Part shown: one piece after another, positions 1 to 9,893 of the stretch
Layout of the letters: every line of letters begins with the position of its first letter
How positions within the stretch are numbered: the first letter of the stretch is position 1
Source: Algibacter sp.
GTDB taxonomy: Bacteria > Bacteroidota > Bacteroidia > Flavobacteriales > Flavobacteriaceae
DNA: 64,000 nucleotides
Assembly: GCF_039977455.1 (NCBI RefSeq)
Contig: NZ_JBDWDG010000022.1
Coordinates: 452,983 to 516,982, forward strand
Direction: 5' to 3'
Program-made: the position numbers and the translations under genes
Notes under the pieces: generated by a model
Database searches by the model: none
Told to the model about the DNA's origin: nothing
The model's input: only the letters and a program-made list of their open reading frames with translations

Positions 1-347
1 TATAAAAAAAATTGTAGGTTTTTTTAGTACTAGATACATATACTTGTAGCGGTTTTTTTTTAAACACCATTAGTATTTAAAACTTAATTGCCCAAATCAT
101 TAAATAGAACAAAAAAAAAGGCAATTATTTATTGCAACTCTTTTTTCTTGACTTATAGCATGATTTTTTTAAGGACCTGCATGTTATAAAAACACTACCT
201 GTGAATGCAATGCAACAGCCCTAAAACAAAAAAGCATCCCCATCTTCTTCACAGAAAAAAGGAAAGCTTTCCATTGGAATACCAAATCACTTTGGTATAA
301 CTACATCACGCTTTTGGCGTGATCAACACAACGTCGTTATAATTGCC

Positions 348-380
348 AAAAAAAGCCCTAATTTCTCAGAGCTTTCTTTT
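348..380 (-). terminator. Intrinsic terminator downstream of tRNA-Asp
   Basis: Minus strand reads AAGCTCT-GAGAAATT-AGGGCTT followed by a T-run, just 3' of the tRNA. Confidence 0.7.
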
Positions 381-391
381 TGCAATTTTTG

Positions 392-465
392 CGGTCTGGA
401 CGGGACTCGAACCCGCGACCTTCGCCGTGACAGGGCGACATTCTAACCAACTGAACTACCAGACC
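392..465 (-). tRNA. tRNA-Asp (GTC), CCA not encoded
   Basis: Cloverleaf: acceptor GGTCTGG/CCAGACC, D-arm GTTC..GAAT, anticodon stem TCGCC-CTGTCAC-GGCGA, T-loop TTCGAGT, discriminator G. Confidence 0.97.
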
Positions 466-483
466 GTTGCATTATTGCGAGTG

Positions 484-514
484 CAAAGATAACCGCCTTT
501 TTCAATTACCCAAA
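484..514 (-). promoter_or_regulatory. Bacteroidota sigma70-type promoter for tRNA-Asp
   Basis: Minus strand TTTG-N19-TATCTTTG matches the -33/-7 consensus. Confidence 0.8.
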
Positions 515-578
515 GCTTTTTAAAACTTTTTTTAAAAAAAAATGAAAAAATTTTTTCAACCCTTTCAAAAAAGAGCTG

Positions 579-1508
579 CTATCCAAATTTTTGGCGCTCT
601 ATCATGTACGTAGTGAGGATGTTACTAAAATCGCCATTAATATCGGCCTCAACATACTTTATTTTGTATTGTGCACATTTTAATTTTAAAGCTTCAAAAT
701 ACGCAACAACAGCTTTATTATAACTTTCTTTTATAGAATCGGCATACAAATTAATGTATTCGCCAGTTTCAACATCAATAAAGCGCTTAGGCTTGTTATC
801 AAATTCGAAATTAAGCTCGTTTTTCTTATCAAACACATGAAAAAGCACTACTTCATGCTTATTATATTTTAAATGCCTTAAGGCTTCAAATAAACGCGCG
901 TCGTCTTCCTTGGTTTGAAACATATCAGTAAATAAAAAAATCATAGAGCGCCTATGAATCTTTTCTGCAATTTCATGCAAATACTTATACGTTTCGGTTT
1001 GTTTATTTAACGGTCTTGAAACTACCGCTTCGCTTAAATGACTTAAAAGCATTTGGTGGTGACGCTCGCTCCCTTTCTCTGGCGCATAATAATCATAACT
1101 ATCGCTATAAATACTTAAACCAACAGCATCGCGTTGCTTTTTTAAAATTTGCATTAAAGAAGCTGCTGCTAAAGCCGAAAACCCAATTTTGTTTAGATTA
1201 TTAATGGAAAACGCATCCCGCTTTGGGTAATGCATGGAGCTACTATTATCTACAATAATATGACAACGTAAATTGGTTTCATCATCATAACGCTTTGTAT
1301 ACAACTTATCCGTTTTAGCAAACAATTTCCAATCTATATGGCGTGTACTTTCACCTTGATTATAAATTTTATGCTCAGCAAATTCTGCCGAAAACCCATG
1401 AAACGGACTTTTATGCATTCCAGAAATAAAACCTTCAACCACCTGTTTTGCAAGTAGCTCAAGATTTTTAAATCCTTCTGCTTTATTAAGTTCGTTTTGT
1501 AAGTTCAT
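579..1508 (-). CDS. DUF58 domain protein (MoxR/vWA-associated)
   Basis: GxHxSxFHGFSAEFAEHKIY, RHIDWK, and DxSxSM MIDAS-like motifs. Confidence 0.9.
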   Translation of the reverse strand: MNLQNELNKAEGFKNLELLAKQVVEGFISGMHKSPFHGFSAEFAEHKIYNQGESTRHIDWKLFAKTDKLYTKRYDDETNLRCHIIVDNSSSMHYPKRDAFSINNLNKIGFSALAAASLMQILKKQRDAVGLSIYSDSYDYYAPEKGSERHHQMLLSHLSEAVVSRPLNKQTETYKYLHEIAEKIHRRSMIFLFTDMFQTKEDDARLFEALRHLKYNKHEVVLFHVFDKKNELNFEFDNKPKRFIDVETGEYINLYADSIKESYNKAVVAYFEALKLKCAQYKIKYVEADINGDFSNILTTYMIERQKFG

Positions 1509-1601
1509 TTATTTAAGATGTTAGACCAACTAGTTACCCGAATCAAGAAAAAAAGACATCAAATACATCTAAAGTTCATCTTTATTCGATTTTCTAAAAA
1601 A

Positions 1602-2144
1602 TTAGATAATTCCATCAACAATACCATAAGCCACAGATTCCTCTGCCCCCATCCAATGGTCGCGGTTAAAATCTTTAATTACTTTTTCGTAATCCTGTCC
1701 GCAATTATCTGCTAATATTTTAGCACTTAACTCTTTAGTCTTTATAATTTCTTGAGCCGTAATTTCAATATCACTTGCTTGTCCTCTTGCTCCACCACTA
1801 GGTTGATGAATCATTACTCGAGCATGTGGTTGTATAAAACGTTTTCCTTTAGTTCCAACAGACAACAAAATAGATCCCATAGAAGCTGCCAAGCCTGTAC
1901 ATATTGTAGACACATCGCTATTTAAAGATTTTATACAATCATACATAGCAAAACCTGAAGTTACATAACCACCAGGACTATTTATGTATAACTGAATATC
2001 CTTAGTCTCCAAGGCATCCAAATAAAGTAATCTGTCAATTACATGTTTAGCCGATTTATCATCTACCTGTCCCCACAAAAACACTTTGCGTTCCTCAATT
2101 AATTTGCGATCAATAGCATCTTGTACTTTTATCGTTTTACTCAT
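1602..2144 (-). CDS. clpP: ATP-dependent Clp protease proteolytic subunit
   Basis: YINSPGG, GLAASMGS (catalytic Ser), MIHQP (His), RD (Asp). Confidence 0.93.
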   Translation of the reverse strand: MSKTIKVQDAIDRKLIEERKVFLWGQVDDKSAKHVIDRLLYLDALETKDIQLYINSPGGYVTSGFAMYDCIKSLNSDVSTICTGLAASMGSILLSVGTKGKRFIQPHARVMIHQPSGGARGQASDIEITAQEIIKTKELSAKILADNCGQDYEKVIKDFNRDHWMGAEESVAYGIVDGII

Positions 2145-2170
2145 GGTTTTTTATTATTTTCATCTAAAAT

Positions 2171-2205
2171 AAAAAAAAGGTTCACCATAACGGCAAACCT
2201 TTTTA
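2171..2205 (-). terminator. Terminator after trxA
   Basis: Minus strand AAAAAGGTTTGCC-GTTAT-GGTGAACCTTTTTTTT hairpin with T-tract. Confidence 0.7.
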
Positions 2206-2225
2206 AGTTTCTTTTTATTTATCTA

Positions 2226-2543
2226 TTACAATAAACCTTCAATAGCATCTGTATAAGCTTTTTTAGGAGCAACACCAACTTGACGACCAACAACCTCACC
2301 GTTTTGAAACACTAAAACTGTAGGTATGTTACGCACACCATATTTAGCAGCAAACTCTTGGTTAGCATCAACATCTACCTTACCAACAACGGCTTTACCT
2401 TCATATTCTTCGCTAATTTGCTCAATAATAGGTCCAACCATTCTACATGGTCCACACCAGGCAGCCCAAAAATCCACCAAAACTGGCTTATCACTCTTTA
2501 ATACTTCTTCTTCAAACGTCGCATCTGTTATTTCTAATGCCAT
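2226..2543 (-). CDS. trxA: Thioredoxin
   Basis: WCGPC active site, 105 aa. Confidence 0.97.
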   Translation of the reverse strand: MALEITDATFEEEVLKSDKPVLVDFWAAWCGPCRMVGPIIEQISEEYEGKAVVGKVDVDANQEFAAKYGVRNIPTVLVFQNGEVVGRQVGVAPKKAYTDAIEGLL

Positions 2544-2673
2544 AATATTTATATTTTAATAAGTTTTTAATTCGTTTTAATAACACAAATTTAGTCAAAA
2601 AATAAACGAAAGCTTACAAACCAACAATTTGTTTTACCTATAACGCTATTGGCTAGCTTTATTTAATTTTATA

Positions 2674-2780
2674 GGGCGCATCCCAAGGGTCGGGCTTTCA
2701 CTACTCGCACCTCCTACGTCGGGCGCTCAAACACTTAGCCTGCGGTGAGCGCAGTCGAACCGTTCAATCCCTTGCGCGGG
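2674..2780 (+). repeat. Dispersed structured repeat, copy 1 (Flavo-1-like), carrying a nested REP-like motif
   Basis: GGGCGCATCCCAAGGGTCGGGCTTT...CAATCCCTTGCGC; ends and core are shared with the copies at 15942, 24342, 38126 and 49355. Confidence 0.8.
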
Positions 2781-2825
2781 TGTAGAACTTCAAATTTGCA
2801 TTGTTAATTTAGCATCACAAATAGG

Positions 2826-5800
2826 CTAATTCAACTTAAATTTTACATCTTGAGCCTCCAACTCACTAATTAGTTCTTGACAAACTTTCACCTTTTGCCT
2901 TCTACTAGACATATTCAGTTTTATTTTTTCTTTCATATCATACACCAAGAAATTTAAAGCTTGATTTCCAGGATGCATGTGCAGCAATTCTTTTAAAGCT
3001 GTTATTTTTTGTTCATCAAGATCTTTAATATTTAACTGTATGGATAACTTTTTAGCATAATTTTCCATCACATCATGCAACAACTGGAAACTATTAAATT
3101 GCAATCTAGGATCACTTCTCTTGCCCGTATCTTTATTGACCCAACCTTCGCGTATAAATGCTTTAACAAACACAAAACTATTTTGTAATAAAAAATGCCT
3201 GAATTTTAAATACTCCTCTCCAAAAATTCTAAACTCAAAGCTATCGGTATAATCTTCAATAGTAAACATAGCCCAGCCTTTACCTTGCTTACTAACACGA
3301 TGCTGCACATCGGTTACCACACCACCAAAAACCAGCTCCCTATTAACATAAGGCTCTAAAGTATTAAACATACCTACGGTACCATTACAAAAGGTTTTCA
3401 TTTCGGTTTTAAAATCATCCAACGGATGTCCTGATATATAAACCCCAACAACCTCACGCTCTTTACTCAATTTTTCCATGGTACCCCATTCCTCGCAAGG
3501 CGGCACTTCTGGTTCTGCAAACTGAACGCTACTTTGCTCCCCAAACATATCGATCTGCGCCGAATTCTCGTTCTCTTTATACTTTTGAGCAAATTTAATA
3601 GCCTTCTCTAAAAAGGTTATACCATCGCCATCATCATGAAAATATTGTGCACGATGAACATCACTTAAGCCATCAAAACCTCCTGCCAAAGCAAGGTTTT
3701 CGAAGGCTCTTTTATTAGCTGCCCTTAAGTCTATTCGTTTTGCGAAATCAAATATCGATTTATAAGGTCCGTCCTCTTTTCTATTCTCCACAATAGTTAT
3801 AACAGCACCATGACCAACACCTTTTATGGCACCCATTCCAAAACGTACCGCATTATCTTTATTTACAGAAAACTTATAAAATGATTCGTTTACATCGGGC
3901 CCTAAAACATCAAGTTTCATACGTTTACATTCTTCCATAAAGAATGTAACCTGCTTGATATCGTTCATGTTGTTAGATAATACCGCCGCCATATATTCCG
4001 CAGGATAATGCGCTTTTAAATAGGCGGTTTGGTAAGCAATCCACGCATAACATGTGGAATGCGATTTATTAAAGGCATAACTCGCAAAGGCTTCCCAATC
4101 TTTCCAAACTTTTTCTAGAATTTTAGCATCATGTCCTTTAGCACTGGCTTGCTCAATAAATTTAGGTTTCATTTTATCAAGTACGGCAATTTGCTTTTTA
4201 CCCATCGCCTTACGCAGTACATCGGCTTCACCTTTTGTAAAATCTGCTAAACTTTGAGAAAGCAACATTACCTGCTCTTGATATACCGTAATACCATAAG
4301 TTTCCTTTAGGTATTCTTCCATGGCCGGTAAATCGTATTCTATTTCCTCATCACCATGTTTTCTTCTAACAAAACTTGGAATATATTCCATTGGCCCTGG
4401 TCTATACAAGGCGTTCATGGCAATTAAATCTTCAAAAACAGTAGGCTTTAAATCACGAAGGTGTTTTTGCATCCCTGGAGATTCATACTGGAACACACCA
4501 ACAGTTTCTCCACGCTGGAATAAAGCATAAGTCTTTTCATCGTCAAGGGGAAATGTTTCCGGGTCGAGTAAAATATCGTGCTTCGCTTTAACAATTTTAA
4601 CGGTATCTTTAATTAAAGTCAGCGTTTTTAACCCTAAAAAATCCATTTTTAATAACCCCGCATCTTCCACCACCGAGTTATCAAACTGGGTAACATACAA
4701 ATCGGAATCTTTAGCTAAAGAAACCGGTACGAATTTAGTAATATCATCGGGCGTAATAATAACACCACAGGCATGGATTCCTGTATTCCTAACAGAACCT
4801 TCAAGGGTTCTTGCTAGGTTTAAAGTTTCCGCTTGTAAATCACTACCGTCGGCAATATTTAGAAGCTCGTTGATTTTTTCTAAATCTTCTGCTCTAAATT
4901 TTTTCCCAAGTTCCTTTTCAGAAAGACCAAAAATCTTCCCTAGTTTAGACATATTCGGGATTAATTTCGCAATCCTATCAGCATCAAACAAAGGTAAGTC
5001 CAACACACGCGCCGTATCACGAATAGACGATTTTGCCGCCATGGTACCGTAAGTAATAATTTGTGCTACTTGATTACTACCGTACTTATCAATTACATAA
5101 TCCATAACACGACTTCGACCTTCATCATCAAAATCGATATCAATATCGGGCATACTCACACGATCTGGATTTAAGAAACGCTCAAAAAGCAAATCGTACT
5201 TTAAAGGGTCTATATTTGTAATCCATAAACAATAAGCTGCCACAGATCCTGCCGCAGAACCACGGCCTGGACCCACCGAAACATCCATTTTTCTAGCTTC
5301 GCGAATAAAATCCTCAACAATTAAGAAATATCCGGGATATCCCGTATTTTCTATAACGCTTAACTCAAAGTCTAAACGCTCAACAACGACTTCCGATAAC
5401 TCTTCACCATATCGTTTTCTTGCACCTTGATACACTAAATGCCTTAAGAATGCATTCTCCCCACGTTTTCCGCCATCTACATCATCTTCTTCATGTTTAA
5501 ATTCCTCCGGAATATCAAACGCAGGCAATAATACATCACGCGCAAGTTGGTAGCCCTCAATTTTATCCACCACCTCTTGCGCATTTATAATAGCTTCAGG
5601 AACATCCTTAAACAATTCCTTCATGGCATCAGGCGATTTAAAATAATACTCCTGATTTGGTAAGCCGTAGCGATACCCACGTCCGCGACCAATTGGAGTA
5701 GCCTGTTTTTCACCATCTTTTACACATAATAAAATATCATGCGCATTAGCATCCTCTTGATTTTGATAATACGTATTATTGGTCGCTATTAGTTTAACAT

Positions 5801-7214
5801 TGTGTTTATTAGCAAGCTTTATTAACGTTGGGTTTACACGATCTTCATCATCTTGATTATGACGCATAAGCTCCACGTATAAATCGTCGCCAAACTCTTC
5901 TTTCCACCAAAGCAATGCCTCTTCAGCTTGATTTTCACCAACGTTTAAAACTTTACTAGGTACCTCACCATAAAGGTTTCCTGTTAATACAATGATATCT
6001 TCTTTATATTGTTGGATTAACTTTTTATCAATTCTTGGTAAATAGTAAAACCCGTCTACAAAGGCATGCGACGATAGTTTTGCTAAATTATGGTACCCAT
6101 TTTTATTTTTGGCTAACAATACAATTTGATAGCCGTTATCTTTTCTAGATTTATCTAGGTGATTTTCGCAAACAAAAAACTCGCAACCTATAATTGGTTT
6201 TATCGTTTTTACATCGGTAGATTCACCATTTTCTTCTGCTTCAGCAATTTTAGCTTCGGCCACTTTATTATGTTTATTTACAGCATTTATAAAGTGAAAA
6301 GCCCCCATCATGTTAGCGTGATCGGTTAAAGCTACAGACGGCATATTAAATTTGGCTGCTGCCGCAACAATATCGGCAACCCCCATAGTAGATTGTAATA
6401 CCGAAAATTGCGAATGATTATGTAAATGCACAAAGTCGACATCGGCTAAATCGGAAACATTTTGATTAATTTCCTCAGAGGAAATATCAACCTCCTGTGC
6501 CTTTTTTAACCGTGCATTAATTTTAGCACTTTCCTTTTTTAGGTTAATATGCTTTAAACCAATAAGCTGAATGGTATCGGGGTTTTCTTTTTTGAAATCC
6601 TCAAAATATTCAGGCTGCACATCAAGCTGCTCTTTTGTGTACTCGCCCAAACGTATTAACTCTAAAAAACAACGGGTTGTTGCTTCTACATCGGCGGTGG
6701 CATTGTGCGCTTCAGAAAAAGGTACGTTAAACAAAAACTCATGTAATTCTGTTAGCGTAGGAAGTTTAAATTTTCCATAACGTCCTCCCGGAATTTCACA
6801 TAAACTTGCTGTATGTTCGGTACACGTATCTAGAACGGGTAATTCCTGCAAAGGGTTTTCAATGGCGCCACGAACAAATTCGGCACCCATAATATTTAAA
6901 TCGAACTTAACGTTTTGCCCTACTACAAATTTTGTTTTTCCTAAAACAGCATTAAATTTCTCTAAAACTTCTGCCAAAGGCACACCTTGTTCTTGAGCCA
7001 ATTCGGTTGAAATACCATGAATTTTCTCAGCATCATATGGGATATTAAAGCCTTCTGGTTTAACCAAATAATCCTGACTTTCAATACAGTTACCCATACC
7101 ATCATGCAATTGCCATGCAATTTGAATACACCTAGGCCAATTATCTGTATCTGTAATTGGTGCATCCCAACGTTTTGGTAATCCGGTAGTTTCGGTATCG
7201 AAAATTAAATACAT
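2826..7214 (-). CDS. dnaE: DNA polymerase III alpha subunit with N-terminal DEDDh exonuclease domain
   Basis: N-terminal FDTETTG...HNATAD; PHP domain HLHNHS/TDH; GPGRGSAAGS; PDIDID catalytic motif; FNKSHS. Confidence 0.97.
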   Translation of the reverse strand: MYLIFDTETTGLPKRWDAPITDTDNWPRCIQIAWQLHDGMGNCIESQDYLVKPEGFNIPYDAEKIHGISTELAQEQGVPLAEVLEKFNAVLGKTKFVVGQNVKFDLNIMGAEFVRGAIENPLQELPVLDTCTEHTASLCEIPGGRYGKFKLPTLTELHEFLFNVPFSEAHNATADVEATTRCFLELIRLGEYTKEQLDVQPEYFEDFKKENPDTIQLIGLKHINLKKESAKINARLKKAQEVDISSEEINQNVSDLADVDFVHLHNHSQFSVLQSTMGVADIVAAAAKFNMPSVALTDHANMMGAFHFINAVNKHNKVAEAKIAEAEENGESTDVKTIKPIIGCEFFVCENHLDKSRKDNGYQIVLLAKNKNGYHNLAKLSSHAFVDGFYYLPRIDKKLIQQYKEDIIVLTGNLYGEVPSKVLNVGENQAEEALLWWKEEFGDDLYVELMRHNQDDEDRVNPTLIKLANKHNVKLIATNNTYYQNQEDANAHDILLCVKDGEKQATPIGRGRGYRYGLPNQEYYFKSPDAMKELFKDVPEAIINAQEVVDKIEGYQLARDVLLPAFDIPEEFKHEEDDVDGGKRGENAFLRHLVYQGARKRYGEELSEVVVERLDFELSVIENTGYPGYFLIVEDFIREARKMDVSVGPGRGSAAGSVAAYCLWITNIDPLKYDLLFERFLNPDRVSMPDIDIDFDDEGRSRVMDYVIDKYGSNQVAQIITYGTMAAKSSIRDTARVLDLPLFDADRIAKLIPNMSKLGKIFGLSEKELGKKFRAEDLEKINELLNIADGSDLQAETLNLARTLEGSVRNTGIHACGVIITPDDITKFVPVSLAKDSDLYVTQFDNSVVEDAGLLKMDFLGLKTLTLIKDTVKIVKAKHDILLDPETFPLDDEKTYALFQRGETVGVFQYESPGMQKHLRDLKPTVFEDLIAMNALYRPGPMEYIPSFVRRKHGDEEIEYDLPAMEEYLKETYGITVYQEQVMLLSQSLADFTKGEADVLRKAMGKKQIAVLDKMKPKFIEQASAKGHDAKILEKVWKDWEAFASYAFNKSHSTCYAWIAYQTAYLKAHYPAEYMAAVLSNNMNDIKQVTFFMEECKRMKLDVLGPDVNESFYKFSVNKDNAVRFGMGAIKGVGHGAVITIVENRKEDGPYKSIFDFAKRIDLRAANKRAFENLALAGGFDGLSDVHRAQYFHDDGDGITFLEKAIKFAQKYKENENSAQIDMFGEQSSVQFAEPEVPPCEEWGTMEKLSKEREVVGVYISGHPLDDFKTEMKTFCNGTVGMFNTLEPYVNRELVFGGVVTDVQHRVSKQGKGWAMFTIEDYTDSFEFRIFGEEYLKFRHFLLQNSFVFVKAFIREGWVNKDTGKRSDPRLQFNSFQLLHDVMENYAKKLSIQLNIKDLDEQKITALKELLHMHPGNQALNFLVYDMKEKIKLNMSSRRQKVKVCQELISELEAQDVKFKLN

Positions 7215-7325
7215 AAAAACATGTTTATTTGTTGATGTGATTATTCGTTTAGAGCGAAAAACGAAGTGTATAAAAATACATAGAATTTAGGCTCCCTTAA
7301 AGTGAATTTTTAAAGAGTTGTAAAC

Positions 7326-7358
7326 AAAAAAAAGCGGAACCCTATGGATCCCACTCTT
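7326..7358 (-). terminator. Terminator after the PA2169-family gene
   Basis: Minus strand AGTGGGATCC-ATA-GGGTTCCGCT plus a T9 tract. Confidence 0.75.
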
Positions 7359-7380
7359 TACTAACCAAACCAACTTATTT

Positions 7381-7830
7381 TTATGACACTAATTCTTCGT
7401 GTACTTTTTCAATATTGATTGCTGCTTGAATTTCGTTACGCTGTTTATATAACATCGAATCGATGGTTGGCGGCAAGGTTTTATCTTTTAAAATCTCGTC
7501 GTACTCTTCAAGACTTGCTTGCTCTCCTCTAATAGCTTCTTGCAAAATGGCTTCTTCATCATTTGAAGAAAAAAGCGACTTTAAACTCATCCAATTTCTG
7601 TGCATGACACCTTTAAAACTTCCTGAATCTTCTGGAATCTGGCCATACCTTAAAATTTCTGTCCTTAAGTTTTTAGCAAATTCACTTCGCTGGGTTGCTC
7701 TTCGTTTAAAAAATATTTTTAAAGTTGGACTATCGACATTTTCAGCAGCATTTAGATACCCTTTTTCGGCATCATAATTTTTTACTAATAATTCATTTAA
7801 TTTATTTGAAATTTCTTCTGTGTACTTCAT
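7381..7830 (-). CDS. PA2169/DUF2383 family ferritin-like four-helix bundle protein
   Basis: LNELLVKNYDAEKGY, QRSEFA, HRNWM, GEQASLEEY pattern. Confidence 0.85.
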   Translation of the reverse strand: MKYTEEISNKLNELLVKNYDAEKGYLNAAENVDSPTLKIFFKRRATQRSEFAKNLRTEILRYGQIPEDSGSFKGVMHRNWMSLKSLFSSNDEEAILQEAIRGEQASLEEYDEILKDKTLPPTIDSMLYKQRNEIQAAINIEKVHEELVS

Positions 7831-8126
7831 ATTATCATTTTCATTTTAAATTTCATGTGTTTCACTTAATCGTTTTCAGGGTAGATTTATACCCTTTGAT
7901 GGTTGTTCAAACTATTAAACACAAATAAATAGTTTTATAAACCATTTTGGTTGCAATACATTATTTAACGATGCATATTGACTGACATCGTATACCCTAA
8001 TATACATTTAAACACACCTTTTGTCAAGCGATTTAACAGGGTTTATGATGAACTTAAGAATCCTTAACAAAAAACCCTTCGATTTAACATAATTTATTAT
8101 AATTTAGAAATTTAAATTTTAACATT

Positions 8127-9194
8127 ATGAATGCTAAACAGCTTATTTTATTAATAGTACCACTTGTTTTATTAAACTGTAAACCTCAAACCACAACATT
8201 ATATGTTGGTACTTACACAAAAGGAGATAGCGAAGGCATTTATAAATTTGATTTCAATATGGAAACCGGAGAACTTTCAAACAGGCAATTAGCAGTTGCT
8301 GTTGCAAACCCATCATTTATCTCATTTTCTCCAAACAAAAAAGTTATATATGCTGTTGGCGAAGGACAATCTAGCGCTATTACCGCCTTCAAACTAAATG
8401 AAGATGGCAGTTTAACACTTATAAACTCCGAAAACAGCAATGGGAAAGGCCCTTGCCATGTTGATATAAATGAATTTGGCAGGAAAGCTGTGGTTTCAAA
8501 TTATGGCGGGGGTACTATTTCCATATATGCGCTAAATGAAAACGGCAGTTTAAATAAAGCATCTCAAATTTTTAATCATAATGAAGCAGGCGAAAAACCA
8601 GCTCATGCACATTCGGCTCAATTTAGAAAAGATGATTTATTCGTTTCAGATTTAGGAAGAAACAGACTGTATCAATACAAACTCAATAATAACGTCTATG
8701 AATTAGAATCTGAGTCCATAATTAAAATTGAAGGTAATCCAGGACCAAGGCATTTTTCAATAACTAAGGATGGGAATTTTATATATATGATTAATGAGTA
8801 TGGAGGTTCTATAACTTCGGTAAAAAAAACAGACTCTGGTTTCGAGCAGATTGATTTCGATTCTACTCTTGATGTAAACTACACAGGCAAGAATAAATGT
8901 GCTGATATTCATTTATCAAAAGACGAACGTTTTTTATATGGCTCTAACCGTGGCGAAAACTCAATTGCTGTTTTTAAAAGAGACACTAATAATGGCACTA
9001 TTGATAAAATTCAAAACATTAGTGTACATGGCGATTGGCCAAGGAATTTTACTTTAGATCCAACCGGGAAATTTTTATTAGTAGCGAATAGAAAAAGCAA
9101 CAATATTGCTGTTTTTAACATTGACAGTACAACAGGTAAACTATCATTTTTACAGGACTTTAAGACTCCAGAACCTGTTTGTTTATTGTTTTAA
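8127..9194 (+). CDS. Lactonase family (6-phosphogluconolactonase-like) beta-propeller lipoprotein
   Basis: Lipobox LLNC; VGTYT, GPCHV, NYGGG, HAHS, GPRH, SNRG, WPRNF, PVC motifs. Confidence 0.9.
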   Translation: MNAKQLILLIVPLVLLNCKPQTTTLYVGTYTKGDSEGIYKFDFNMETGELSNRQLAVAVANPSFISFSPNKKVIYAVGEGQSSAITAFKLNEDGSLTLINSENSNGKGPCHVDINEFGRKAVVSNYGGGTISIYALNENGSLNKASQIFNHNEAGEKPAHAHSAQFRKDDLFVSDLGRNRLYQYKLNNNVYELESESIIKIEGNPGPRHFSITKDGNFIYMINEYGGSITSVKKTDSGFEQIDFDSTLDVNYTGKNKCADIHLSKDERFLYGSNRGENSIAVFKRDTNNGTIDKIQNISVHGDWPRNFTLDPTGKFLLVANRKSNNIAVFNIDSTTGKLSFLQDFKTPEPVCLLF

Positions 9195-9234
9195 ATTCCT
9201 TAAAAATAAATCACTGGTAATTAAATATTTATAT

Positions 9235-9242
9235 TATCTTTG
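9235..9242 (+). promoter_or_regulatory. -7 promoter element of rpsP
   Basis: TATCTTTG about 47 nt upstream of the ATG. Confidence 0.65.
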
Positions 9243-9289
9243 CGCCCTCATTAATAACAGAGGTCGAGAACCTCAAATAATTAATTATT

Positions 9290-9808
9290 ATGCCAGTAAA
9301 AATTAGATTACAAAGACATGGTAAAAAAGGGAAACCTTTTTACTGGATCGTAGCAGCAGATGCACGTTCAAAAAGAGATGGTAAATACTTAGAAAAATTA
9401 GGTATCTACAATCCAAACACAAACCCTGCAACTGTTGAGTTAAACGTTGATGGCGCTGTAACTTGGTTACAGAATGGTGCACAACCAACTGATACCGCTA
9501 AGACTTTATTGTCTTACAAAGGTGCAATGCTTAAAAACCACCTAGCTGGTGGTGTTAGAAAAGGTGCTTTAACTGAAGAGCAAGCAGAAGCTAAATTTAC
9601 TGCTTGGTTAGAAGAAAAAGAAGCTAAAATTCAAGCGAAAGCTGATGGTTTATCTGATGTAGAAGCTAAAGCGAAAGCTGATGCTCTTGCTGCTGAGAAA
9701 GCTGTTAACGAAGCAAGAATTGCTGCAGCTGCTCCTGCTCCTGTTGAGGAAGAAGCAACTGAAGATGCTCCTGCTGCTGAAGCAGAAGCTTCAAAGGAAG
9801 AAGAATAA
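9290..9808 (+). CDS. rpsP: 30S ribosomal protein S16 with Bacteroidota-type C-terminal extension
   Basis: [33 protein letters not shown]. Confidence 0.97.
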   Translation: MPVKIRLQRHGKKGKPFYWIVAADARSKRDGKYLEKLGIYNPNTNPATVELNVDGAVTWLQNGAQPTDTAKTLLSYKGAMLKNHLAGGVRKGALTEEQAEAKFTAWLEEKEAKIQAKADGLSDVEAKAKADALAAEKAVNEARIAAAAPAPVEEEATEDAPAAEAEASKEEE

Positions 9809-9829
9809 AAAATCATTTTTTATACTTTT

Positions 9830-9858
9830 AAACTCCGATAGCAATATCGGAGTTTTTT
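9830..9858 (+). terminator. Terminator after rpsP
   Basis: AAACTCCGATA-GCAA-TATCGGAGTTT followed by Ts. Confidence 0.85.
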
Positions 9859-9893
9859 ATTTAATAAAACTTTCAAAAAAGTTTTATTAAATA

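Noticed and set aside
392-420. tRNA-Asp 3' end as an att site of an integrated element
   Set aside because: I saw no second copy of the tRNA 3' end in the window and no integrase nearby. Sequence left of the window cannot be assessed.
2826-7214. Intein in the long DnaE
   Set aside because: The extra length is explained by the N-terminal exonuclease. No Cys/Ser...His-Asn splice junctions or LAGLIDADG motifs were seen.
9600-9808. Ala/Glu-rich low-complexity tail of S16
   Set aside because: Long S16 C-terminal extensions are normal in Bacteroidota.
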